In this document: positions 28,243-36,450 of the stretch, piece by piece
Layout: every line of letters begins with the position of its first letter
Numbering within the stretch: the first letter of the stretch is position 1
Virus record (IMG/VR): IMGVR_UViG_2824317532_000001
Location: 32,001 to 96,000 of that record
Origin: a virus
Taxonomy: Duplodnaviria > Caudoviricetes
DNA length: 64,000 nucleotides
Direction: 5' to 3' (one strand)
Position numbers and translations under genes: made by a program
The notes under the pieces: model-generated
The model's database searches: none
What the model was told of the DNA's origin: nothing
Seen by the model: only the letters and a program-made list of their open reading frames with translations

Positions 28243-28554
28243 GTGCACCACCACATCGATGCCGTGTCGCTGCTGTTCCAGGCCGCCAATACTGCAATCG
28301 TCACCGGGTATCTGTCGGTGCCGTTCCTGGTGCTGCCCTATCTGCCGCTGACGCGCATGGTGCGGCTGTTCGGCGCGGGATTCTTCGTGGGCTGCGCGGG
28401 CAGCCACACGTGGATGGCGGTCATGGGCCACGACGGCTGGCCGTGGATGCTGTGGCACGTCGCCCAGGCCGTATGCACCTGGGGGTTCATCCTCGCGTTC
28501 CGGCAGATGCTGCGCCGAGCCCAGCAGCGCCGTGGCGGTGGGGGCCCGCAGTGA
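28243..28554 (+). CDS. 3-TM membrane protein with ethylene-receptor-like YxSxP/CxxxH motifs
   Basis: Three hydrophobic segments; GYLSVP, FFVGCAGSH. Confidence 0.65.
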   Translation: MHHHIDAVSLLFQAANTAIVTGYLSVPFLVLPYLPLTRMVRLFGAGFFVGCAGSHTWMAVMGHDGWPWMLWHVAQAVCTWGFILAFRQMLRRAQQRRGGGGPQ

Positions 28555-29072
28555 CCGGCGAGGAAACGATCGACGCCCTCGCCCGAACCCTGGACGCCCT
28601 CGACGACCATCTGCGGTCGTCGGATGCGACGGCCCGCCGCTCGGAACGCAACCGGCTGTCGATGCTGCACCTCCACGCGCTGGCCGCCTGCTACATCGGC
28701 CCGCTGTTCACCCTGATCGGCGAGGAAAGCCGCCGCGGCGCCGCATGGGCGGTGATCCGGCTGATCCCGGGCAGCACCACCTCACTGGGTGTGCTCCTCA
28801 CCGCCGGTGGTGTGGTGCTCGGCGTGGCCACGTGGCGGCGGGCCCTCGTCTGGGAGATGGCAGGGCTGTGTGTGCTGCTGTCCTGGTATCTGATCGTGGC
28901 GGTGTCGTTCGGGCTCGGCGCGGCGGGCTGGTATCTGCGCTGGGACTGGGTGGACGGGTCCCGGCCTGCACCGTACGCCCACGGCATCTATCTACACCTG
29001 TTCACCATCATGATCGTGCATTTGGGGACGTTAGCGAAGATCCGCCGGGCTCGGCGGAAGGCAGCCCGATGA
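28551..29072 (+). CDS. Multi-TM membrane protein (lysis cassette)
   Basis: About four hydrophobic helices; GTGA/ATGA coupling. Confidence 0.7.
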   Translation: MTGEETIDALARTLDALDDHLRSSDATARRSERNRLSMLHLHALAACYIGPLFTLIGEESRRGAAWAVIRLIPGSTTSLGVLLTAGGVVLGVATWRRALVWEMAGLCVLLSWYLIVAVSFGLGAAGWYLRWDWVDGSRPAPYAHGIYLHLFTIMIVHLGTLAKIRRARRKAAR

Positions 29073-29560
29073 GATGGCTGTGGTGGGCCGGCGATGCCCC
29101 GGCTACTCCCCCGGCGTGGCAGACGTGGGCGCCGGCGTTGATCGGTGTGATTGTGGCGGCCGTGGTGGGTGCTGTGGGCACGATCGTGGTGAAGCGGCTG
29201 AACCGGCGTTTGGATGAGGCGACGACGGTGAAGACCGAGGCTGAGACCGGGAAGGCGCGCGCGGAGACCGTGTCGATCGAAGTCGCTACCGCCCGTGGGC
29301 TGCTCGCCGACGTGAAACAGATGATGACCGAGCAGCGGGAAGCCTACGAGCAGCAGATCGCCATGGCGCGCGGCCAGCAGGAGGCACAGATCCAGTCGGT
29401 GCGGGTTCAGCATCAGGCGGATATGCGCACCATGGAAGCCCGCCTGTCCGGGGTGGAGAAGGCGTTCCGTCGGCACGCCGAGTGGGACGATCAGGCCACG
29501 ACCGTTCTGCGGCGGGTGCATCCGGATTTCCCGGATCCGCCGCCGGTCACGTTCGACTGA
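29069..29560 (+). CDS. Single-TM coiled-coil lysis-associated protein
   Basis: N-terminal TM, coiled coil, PDFPDPPP tail. Confidence 0.7.
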   Translation: MRWLWWAGDAPATPPAWQTWAPALIGVIVAAVVGAVGTIVVKRLNRRLDEATTVKTEAETGKARAETVSIEVATARGLLADVKQMMTEQREAYEQQIAMARGQQEAQIQSVRVQHQADMRTMEARLSGVEKAFRRHAEWDDQATTVLRRVHPDFPDPPPVTFD

Positions 29561-29601
29561 ACATCCTTCACGCCTAGTCGTCGCGCAGCTAGAGTGTGCG
29601 C

Positions 29602-29805
29602 ATGACATCTAGCGTCAAGCTAATGGGTGCGCACGAAATCCGGGTCCGGCTCGGCGGCGTTTCCCGCCAGCGCGCCTACCAGATCACCCAACGCGCAGAC
29701 TTCCCCAAACCGGTCGCAGACCTGGAGCAGGGCAAAGTCTGGCTGGCCTCGGATGTCGAAGCCTGGGTGAAGGTCAAGCGCCCGCACCAGGACGACGAAG
29801 ACTAA
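29602..29805 (+). CDS. AlpA/excisionase-like DNA-binding protein
   Basis: LMGAHEI..GVSRQRAYQIT..DFPKPVA..KVW; TAGAGT-N6-ATG leaderless start. Confidence 0.8.
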   Translation: MTSSVKLMGAHEIRVRLGGVSRQRAYQITQRADFPKPVADLEQGKVWLASDVEAWVKVKRPHQDDED

Positions 29806-29987
29806 GCCGCTTCGACCAGCGTCTCGAACGCCGGTCCAAGGATTCGTTCCACCGTCGCGATCGCCGCTTTCTCGGCCACGACGGTGTTGGCATGCGACAC
29901 CCGATACCAGCGTTCCCGCCCGGACCTGACGACCTCTACCCGCCAGTAGCCGTCGGGTGTCTGCATCGCCGCCTCGACCCGCTTCAT
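29802..29987 (-). CDS. Hypothetical protein
   Basis: TAGCTT-N6-ATG leaderless start. Confidence 0.65.
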   Translation of the reverse strand: MKRVEAAMQTPDGYWRVEVVRSGRERWYRVSHANTVVAEKAAIATVERILGPAFETLVEAA

Positions 29988-30037
29988 GCCGCGAAGCTAC
30001 CCGCCCTGATCGCTCAAATCACGGGGCTGGCCTGGAA

Positions 30038-30280
30038 TTACGCGGCTGTAGTTTCCTGCGCCGGCTCGACCGCTGACCACAGGCCACGACTCAGCATTCG
30101 CTCCGCCCGGTCACACGCGCCCCGCTCGGTCCAGTACGCGTAGCCGCCGCGCCGGGAATGCCAGGCCACCCACCGGCCGTCGCCGGTCTCCCCCAGCCGC
30201 ACCGTGACCGGGCCCTGCCGCCACGCCCGGGTCCAGGTCACCGCCGCGAGCTCGTCTGCCGTCATGCGTTCCGCCCCCAT
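30038..30280 (-). CDS. Hypothetical protein
   Basis: TACGGT-N6-ATG leaderless start. Confidence 0.55.
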   Translation of the reverse strand: MGAERMTADELAAVTWTRAWRQGPVTVRLGETGDGRWVAWHSRRGGYAYWTERGACDRAERMLSRGLWSAVEPAQETTAA

Positions 30281-30411
30281 GTGCGCACCGTAACGGCGTC
30301 CGCGCATCTGGCGCACCAGCCACGCCCTGTGGAGCACAGCCGCACCCCACATATGCACCACAGATCACTACACCGCCCCGCAGATTCCTACACAGCCCGG
30401 GAGGGCCCGTC

Positions 30412-30756
30412 ATGAAGATCAGCCGCGAGCCCGCGCTGTACCTGACCCTGTTCGCGACGCTGGTACGGCTGCTCGCCGCGTTCTGGCTCGACCTGTCCGA
30501 CGGCCAACAGGCCGTTCTCAACGCGACCGCCACCGCGGTCGCGGGTCTCATCGTCGCCGTCTGGGTTCGCCGCGACGGGCAGGTCGCCGCCCTGCTCGGT
30601 GTCGTCCAAGCCGTGCTTGCCCTGGCGGTCGGGTTCGGCGCGGACCTGTCCGCGGAGTCGCAGGCGGTCATCATGTCGTTCGTCGGCACCGCCGCCGCAA
30701 TGTTCGTCCGCACGCAGGTCGACGCGAAAACGCCAGCCGTCGTACACGCCGACTAG
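30412..30756 (+). CDS. Holin-like protein
   Basis: MKISREPAL...FVRTQV; duplicated TM hairpin (LDLSDGQQA / ADLSAESQA). Confidence 0.75.
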   Translation: MKISREPALYLTLFATLVRLLAAFWLDLSDGQQAVLNATATAVAGLIVAVWVRRDGQVAALLGVVQAVLALAVGFGADLSAESQAVIMSFVGTAAAMFVRTQVDAKTPAVVHAD

Positions 30757-30927
30757 CCCCGTTCTCCAACGTTGCTCCAAGGTTCTCCAAGAACTTGGAG
30801 CTGCCACTGATCGGCGTCGGCCGGTCTCGCGCCCCCGCGAAGTCACACCCGGCCGAACGCCATTGCGCCCCATCCCGTGAGCTGCCCGCCAGCAGCCACG
30901 GGATGGGGCGTTTCTCTCGTACCCGAG

Positions 30928-31815
30928 CTAACGCCGCCAGACGTTGACCGTCGCCGTCTCCAGCGAATCAGCACCCTCCGGCCCCTTGACGTGACTAGCA
31001 ATCCACGTCGGGCGACGCAACGACCGCTGCGGGCCGTACGCCTGATCCCGCCAGTGCCCGCGGACGATCCACCGGTGCTTGTAGTGTCGGCCGGGCTGGT
31101 CGGGGTCGAGTGGAGGTTGCCCGGAGAGTCGGTACTGTCGGCGCAACTCCACGAGGGTCACCTCGGGATCACCGCGGCCAGCTCGGCCGTAAGCAGCCCG
31201 GATCTTGCGTTCGACCTCGACGGGAACCCGGTCGATGACCGTAGGCTGTTGCATGAGTGCCCACGCCGCAGCCAGGGTGGTCAGCACGGTCCTGTCCCGG
31301 TCCGGCAGCTCGCCCGGGTCCTGCCAATTGTCGTCAACGGCCAAACTCTGCCCGGCAATTGGTACCAGCGGCGGCACCGCAGTGGTGTCGATCCGGGCAC
31401 CGCGCTCGGCAAGCTGGTCTTCGAGCCGGCCGCGGGCCACATAGTAGGAGACCAGCAGCCCTTGCGGGTGCGGACCCCACGACACGGCATCCACGGGGAT
31501 CGGCACGTTCTCGTAGTCGAGGGTGCCAATGCCGCCGTCGAAGACCAGCAAACCATGAGTCGAGGGCCGATCTGCATCCGTCCACCGCACCTGCGGGATC
31601 GTTTCAGCGGCGCCGACGGACAACGCGGCCATCTCCGGCGCCACCCAATACAGATCGGCAACGCCGAGGCTGCGGGCAACGTGGTCGAGTTGGGCAGCCG
31701 TGTCGTCGCGCCCGGATCGGGCCAGACTCGCACGCAGCGCGCTGCCTGGGTCGGCAAGCAGGCGTTGCAGCCCGTCACGGACCTTTGGGAGGCGGGAGGC
31801 TGTCCAGTTACTCAC
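30928..31815 (-). CDS. Conserved hypothetical protein (VRGHWR family)
   Basis: HRWIVRGHWRDQAYGP...WIASHVKGP. Confidence 0.75.
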   Translation of the reverse strand: MSNWTASRLPKVRDGLQRLLADPGSALRASLARSGRDDTAAQLDHVARSLGVADLYWVAPEMAALSVGAAETIPQVRWTDADRPSTHGLLVFDGGIGTLDYENVPIPVDAVSWGPHPQGLLVSYYVARGRLEDQLAERGARIDTTAVPPLVPIAGQSLAVDDNWQDPGELPDRDRTVLTTLAAAWALMQQPTVIDRVPVEVERKIRAAYGRAGRGDPEVTLVELRRQYRLSGQPPLDPDQPGRHYKHRWIVRGHWRDQAYGPQRSLRRPTWIASHVKGPEGADSLETATVNVWRR

Positions 31816-32225
31816 GGCTGGCCGTCCGGGGCAGGGTACGCAATGCGCAGGCCTGGCACTTCAAGGGCGATCCGGGCGACGACTGCCCGGTGCCACGAGG
31901 CCGGGAACTCGACCTCAGGGTGGGCTGCGTGGTACTCGTGGTCGTTGCGGTACACCAGCACGCCCGGGTCGGGAATGCCGACGAGTTTCTCGACACATCC
32001 GCCGATGAACTCGCCGGTACGCCGCTCTATATCCTCCATGGCCAGTCGCACCCCGTCGGGGATCGGGTATTTTCCCTGCTCCCAGTGGCGCACGGTGCGG
32101 GCCGAGACTCCGAGGTGGCCGGCGAGCCAGTCGCCGGTGAGGCCGAGGTGTTCGCGGACGACCCGGAACTCCGCATCGGTCATGCGCTCGTCTTCCGGCA
32201 TGCCGGGCGGGTCGGTGTACTCCAC
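31812..32225 (-). CDS. XRE HTH regulator, DUF1870/Aca2-like
   Basis: MTDAEFRVVREHLGLT..LAGHLGVSARTVRHWEQGKYPIPDGV...WHRAVVARI. Confidence 0.75.
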   Translation of the reverse strand: MEYTDPPGMPEDERMTDAEFRVVREHLGLTGDWLAGHLGVSARTVRHWEQGKYPIPDGVRLAMEDIERRTGEFIGGCVEKLVGIPDPGVLVYRNDHEYHAAHPEVEFPASWHRAVVARIALEVPGLRIAYPAPDGQP

Positions 32226-32244
32226 GGTGTCTCCCTTTGGGTAA

Positions 32245-32280
32245 ACAGTGACCCCGGCCGAGACGGTCCGGGGTCACTGT
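32245..32280 (-). terminator. Hairpin between acidic gene and HTH gene
   Basis: ACAGTGACCCCGG...CCGGGGTCACTGT. Confidence 0.55.
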
Positions 32281-32293
32281 CGGATGGTTCTGG

Positions 32294-32602
32294 TCAGGCA
32301 GGCTCGACTTCGGCGTACATGGCGTTGTCGACGATGTCCCAGGCGGCGGTGCGGGTCCAGGCGTTCTTGGTGAGCATCTCGTCGGCCTCGTTGGCTGCCT
32401 TGGCGAGCTTGTCCTCGTCGTTCACCAGCACGGTCAGGTCGGCGGTGAAGATGATGTTGTCGCTCATCGCGTACTCGGCGGTTTCGTTGCCGGCGTCGTC
32501 GAGTCGGTAGCCGGTGATGGTGGCGGTGCCGATGCTGAGGTCGCAGACGTTATCCGCGACTACATCGGGGGCGGTGGCGATGCAGGCGAAGTGAGTGGTC
32601 AT
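32294..32602 (-). CDS. Small acidic protein, anti-defence (Acr-like) candidate
   Basis: GGAAGGA SD; 102 aa, Asp/Glu excess; first gene of unit. Confidence 0.65.
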   Translation of the reverse strand: MTTHFACIATAPDVVADNVCDLSIGTATITGYRLDDAGNETAEYAMSDNIIFTADLTVLVNDEDKLAKAANEADEMLTKNAWTRTAAWDIVDNAMYAEVEPA

Positions 32603-32660
32603 GGCCGGTTCCTTCCGGTGGGGTCTGGGGCTGTTTCCCCTGACCGCTGACACCACAGTA

Positions 32661-32679
32661 GCTTCCTAAAATAGGAAGC
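32661..32679. promoter_or_regulatory. Palindromic operator next to TACTGT -10 (minus strand)
   Basis: GCTTCCTA-AAA-TAGGAAGC. Confidence 0.7.
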
Positions 32680-32733
32680 GATAGGGGTTGTATCGAACGA
32701 AGGACCCCGCAGCCTCTCTCTGGTTTCGGAGCA

Positions 32734-33024
32734 CTACTCGTAGCCGGCCGCCAGCAACAGCCCGGTCAGCGCGTCTCGCAGCTCGGCGGTGTCGAGCAGC
32801 GCGATGTCTACGGAAACGCCGACCATGTGGGCGGCGTTGATGGTCAGCCACGTCGGCCCGTCACCGGTCTGGGTGAGACAGGCGGTGACTTCACCGCGGT
32901 CACCGATCCGGCGCCGGGCGCCCACCCGAAACCGCCGGGATCGGTGCCGCACCAGACGGCCAGCACCTTCGTCGTGTTCGCACCACGGCGGGTGCCCGGC
33001 ACGCTCGTTGCGGGGCCGGGTCAC
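32734..33024 (-). CDS. Hypothetical protein (HPPWC..H family)
   Basis: GTGA-coupled; HPPWCEH motif. Confidence 0.55.
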   Translation of the reverse strand: MTRPRNERAGHPPWCEHDEGAGRLVRHRSRRFRVGARRRIGDRGEVTACLTQTGDGPTWLTINAAHMVGVSVDIALLDTAELRDALTGLLLAAGYE

Positions 33025-33743
33025 CGTGACCGCCTCCACTGGAGACGCTTGCGGACCCGGGCTGCGGCTTTCCGGCGCCCGCGTCTGCGGATGGGGCAGC
33101 CCGCCCACACCCATACCGGCAGCACCAGGGACGCCACCACCACGGCGAGGGCCGTCTCCTGACGCCACTGCCCGTACACCAGCAGCGCGAGCCAGCCAGC
33201 CAGCAGCAACACCGCCTGTGCGACGCCGAGGCCGGTCAGATGCCGCCGCCGCGAACTCCATGGGCGCCGGACCTTCGGCTGACGCGTTGGCTGTACGGGT
33301 GCGGACTCCCACTCGAGCAGGCCCTCTCGCCGCCGCTCGTCAACGGGCACCCACCGCGGCCGACCCTCCCGGTCGTCGCGTTCATGGCGCTGGTCGACCA
33401 GCACCCACTTCGGCACGTGGCGGGGGTTGTCCTCGTTCAACAGCCAGTTCAGGCGAGGCCGCTCACCAGTCGGTGGCTCTTGAATGAACAGGCGTTCCAT
33501 CTCGTCGAGTTCGACGTCGGTACACAGGCCTTCCCACAGCACTCGCGGTGATCCGACGATCAGGTCGGCCCACGGCTGCGAGTCGCGGTGCTGGTTCTCC
33601 CGGCCCCGGCCACGTTGCCGAGTTTGGCCGACGTAGTCGTTGCGGACGATCTGCCCCGTGTCGTGGTCGATGACGTCGAGGCCGTAGACGACACCCCGGT
33701 AGCGGGCATCGGCGCGGCGTCGGGACGAGTAGGTCGCGGTCAT
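33021..33743 (-). CDS. GIY-YIG-like domain protein with C-terminal TM helices
   Basis: GVVYG...DYVGQTRQ..R..QH...E..FI...P.LN; two hydrophobic C-terminal segments. Confidence 0.6.
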   Translation of the reverse strand: MTATYSSRRRADARYRGVVYGLDVIDHDTGQIVRNDYVGQTRQRGRGRENQHRDSQPWADLIVGSPRVLWEGLCTDVELDEMERLFIQEPPTGERPRLNWLLNEDNPRHVPKWVLVDQRHERDDREGRPRWVPVDERRREGLLEWESAPVQPTRQPKVRRPWSSRRRHLTGLGVAQAVLLLAGWLALLVYGQWRQETALAVVVASLVLPVWVWAGCPIRRRGRRKAAARVRKRLQWRRSR

Positions 33744-33802
33744 TGAGGCACTTCCCCACCGGGCAGATCGCCGTACAGCGATCCGGCCGCTACCCTCGGC
33801 TC

Positions 33803-33997
33803 ATGTCCGATGCTGAGATCGCCCGGCAACTCCAGCGGCTCGTCGATGACGCCGAGAAACGAGACCGGGTCGCCGCCGAACGCCATGCTGCCCTCATCAA
33901 AGCCGTCACAGTCGGGTTCGCCGTGGTAGCCAAAGAGATCCGCGATGGGTTCACCCTGATGCAGCACACCATCATCGACGAGTTCCGGCAGCGCTGA
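33803..33997 (+). CDS. Small helical protein antisense within transfer operon
   Basis: TACCCT-N6-ATG; GC3-rich codons. Confidence 0.55.
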   Translation: MSDAEIARQLQRLVDDAEKRDRVAAERHAALIKAVTVGFAVVAKEIRDGFTLMQHTIIDEFRQR

Positions 33998-33999
33998 CG

Positions 34000-36351
34000 T
34001 CACGCCATCACCTCGTCCAGCACACCGATCTGCTCGGCCCCGGACTCGGTCAGCCAATAGCCGCCACGGCCATCGGTGTCGAGGATCTGCTCCCCCGCCA
34101 GCTTGTTGACCGCGTTGGTGCAGGCCCGAGTCTTGATGACGGATCGGACAGCGGCAGCCAGGTCGCCGAACTGGACCGGGTCGCGGTCGCCGTCGAGCCA
34201 CCGGTCGGCGAAGAACCGGAGTACCGCCTCCCGGCCGCCCGCGGGCGGGGTGGTGTCGCCGGGTGCGGAGTCCAGCAGGTTCGACGGGATTCCCGCACCG
34301 AGGATCTCGGCCGGGTCCATGTTGTCGAACGCTTCGAGCCGCTTCCACCGGTCCGCGTATAGCGGGCCTGCCGCTCCGAGCACGGCCGTTTCCAGGCTGA
34401 CGGTGTCACCCCTGGTCATGACGTCCCACAGGTCGCCGGCGTAATCCGATCGCATCCGCATGCGGGCGGTCGCCGAGTTGTAGCCGACCCCTGCAGCGGT
34501 GGTGCCGTCCTCCCATTCGGCCGGCAGGGCGGACGGGTCGCCGGGCATCTTCCCGCCGGGCCAGGCGGCGGGGCCGGTGAGCCGGTCGGCGGTGCGGAAC
34601 ACGGTGACGACGCCGGAGGCGAGCTGGGCGCGCAGCACACTGTCTTTGAGTTCGGACAGCAGCGGTGACTGCACCAACAGCCGCACCTTCACGTTGGCCT
34701 TACGCCCGGACTTGGCGAGCAGCGCCAACAGTTTGACGATCTCCTTGCCGACGTCGGGGTCGTTCATCGGCAGGTGCGCCTCGTCGATGGTGATCGACAG
34801 CAGGGGGAAGTCCGGGGAGACCTCCACGTATTTGACGCGCCGCTGCACCACTGTCCCGTCGGGCCGGGTCTCGGTGACCCGCATCCGTGTGATCAGCAGG
34901 TTGCGGGCGAGCATCACCGTCACGGCGGTGCGCAGCATGACGAGGATTTCCTCGTTCGTCGGCGCGAACCAGTCGACACCGTCGCGCACGTCACCGAGAG
35001 ACTGGCCCATCTGCGGGTCGCCGACCCACGACACCACCCGCCCGGACTTGCGTTCCAGGGCGAGGAGCAGGTTGACGTATTCGCTCTTGCCGGATCCGGT
35101 GCAGCCGGCGATGAGTTCCATGAGGGCGCCCCAGCCGGGCCGCCAGAACGGGTGCCGTCCGCGGTTGCCGTCTTCGAGGGTCATGGTTTCGGCGGTGCCA
35201 GTGGTGAGGTCGATGCCGTCGCCGTTCCAGCGGCTGCCGGTCGAGAGTGGGCTGGTCCGCTGGACGAGGATCATGGCCCGGTTCGCGTCGAGGGGATCCG
35301 CGATGATCGACACCATGGAGGTGCCGACCGAGTAGGCGCGGGCGATCTTCCGGACCGGTTCGGGCATGTCGAACTTCTCGGGATCCAGGTCCGAGTCGTC
35401 GTGCGCCACGATGATCGCCGACCAGCCACCGACCGACGCCTGAATGTTCTCGAGGCTGGTGCCGTGCAGCACCCGACCCTTCGCGGACACCTTCTCCCAG
35501 CGGGCGAGCACGTACTCGCGCAGCAGGTCTTCCTCGCTGGGCTGCGGCGTGTCGTCGTACAGGTCGTCCTCGTCGTCGAGCGGCACAGGCGGGCGGAGTG
35601 CCTGGGCGCGCCGGTCAGCCAGCCACCGCCGGTACGGGCGGGAGCCGACCACCCCGAGCCCGAACAACGCGGTGAGCGCGACTGCCGCATGGTCAGCGAA
35701 GCCGATCACGTCGGTTAGTTCGATCCACAGTCCGGCCGCTGCCGCCAGGTAGCCGGCGCCGCGCGCGCGGCGGGCAATGGTGTCACGGGTGAGTTCCTCG
35801 TCCGTCTCGGCCTGCCGGCGTAGCCAGGCACGGGTCATCCACCAGGACCCGGCCACGATGGCGGGGATCGCCGCGAACTGAGCGACCTCTCCCGCCAGTG
35901 ACAGGTCAGCGACGTCCGCCGCCACACCCGCCATCCCCACAAGGCTGGTAGCGGCGGCACTGTTCACAGACCCCGTGTGATCCCGGTACAGGCGCCCCCA
36001 CGGAATGGAGATGCGCCGGTCGCTGGTCTTGTGAAGGCGTACCCCGCAGATACCGCACAGCGGGCGTTCGATCTTCGACTTGGCGGAGAACCACTGCCCG
36101 CTGTCCGGGCACTCGGGGCACTCCCATTCCACGTGGGTGACCTCGCCGCTGTCGTTGACCGGCACCGGCTGCCGCCGTGCTTTCACGGTCTGCCCGTTCG
36201 GGCCGGCGTGGTGCCAGGAGAACGACACAGCGCCGGACGGCAGCAGCAGCTTGCCGTCCAGGTCACGCGACGCCTGACGGGCACGGCCCTGCTGCGGTGC
36301 GCCCGGAGGTCCGCCGTTCGGTAGCGGCACGGGCCGGTTCTCGGTCTTCAC
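34000..36351 (-). CDS. FtsK/SpoIIIE-family conjugative DNA translocase (TraB-like)
   Basis: TM block, Walker A IAGCTGSGKS, Walker B ITIDEAH, SGRKANV..Q, LRAQL, C-terminal wHTH-like; N-terminal CxxC pairs. Confidence 0.85.
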   Translation of the reverse strand: MKTENRPVPLPNGGPPGAPQQGRARQASRDLDGKLLLPSGAVSFSWHHAGPNGQTVKARRQPVPVNDSGEVTHVEWECPECPDSGQWFSAKSKIERPLCGICGVRLHKTSDRRISIPWGRLYRDHTGSVNSAAATSLVGMAGVAADVADLSLAGEVAQFAAIPAIVAGSWWMTRAWLRRQAETDEELTRDTIARRARGAGYLAAAAGLWIELTDVIGFADHAAVALTALFGLGVVGSRPYRRWLADRRAQALRPPVPLDDEDDLYDDTPQPSEEDLLREYVLARWEKVSAKGRVLHGTSLENIQASVGGWSAIIVAHDDSDLDPEKFDMPEPVRKIARAYSVGTSMVSIIADPLDANRAMILVQRTSPLSTGSRWNGDGIDLTTGTAETMTLEDGNRGRHPFWRPGWGALMELIAGCTGSGKSEYVNLLLALERKSGRVVSWVGDPQMGQSLGDVRDGVDWFAPTNEEILVMLRTAVTVMLARNLLITRMRVTETRPDGTVVQRRVKYVEVSPDFPLLSITIDEAHLPMNDPDVGKEIVKLLALLAKSGRKANVKVRLLVQSPLLSELKDSVLRAQLASGVVTVFRTADRLTGPAAWPGGKMPGDPSALPAEWEDGTTAAGVGYNSATARMRMRSDYAGDLWDVMTRGDTVSLETAVLGAAGPLYADRWKRLEAFDNMDPAEILGAGIPSNLLDSAPGDTTPPAGGREAVLRFFADRWLDGDRDPVQFGDLAAAVRSVIKTRACTNAVNKLAGEQILDTDGRGGYWLTESGAEQIGVLDEVMA

Positions 36352-36450
36352 GGAAAAACTCCAGGTGTGGTCGGGGTGGTGGTGCCGGGCTGGTGCCGCA
36401 ACCGCCAAACCAACAGAGGGTTCGGCGATCACGGGTGGAGTCCGGCAGGG

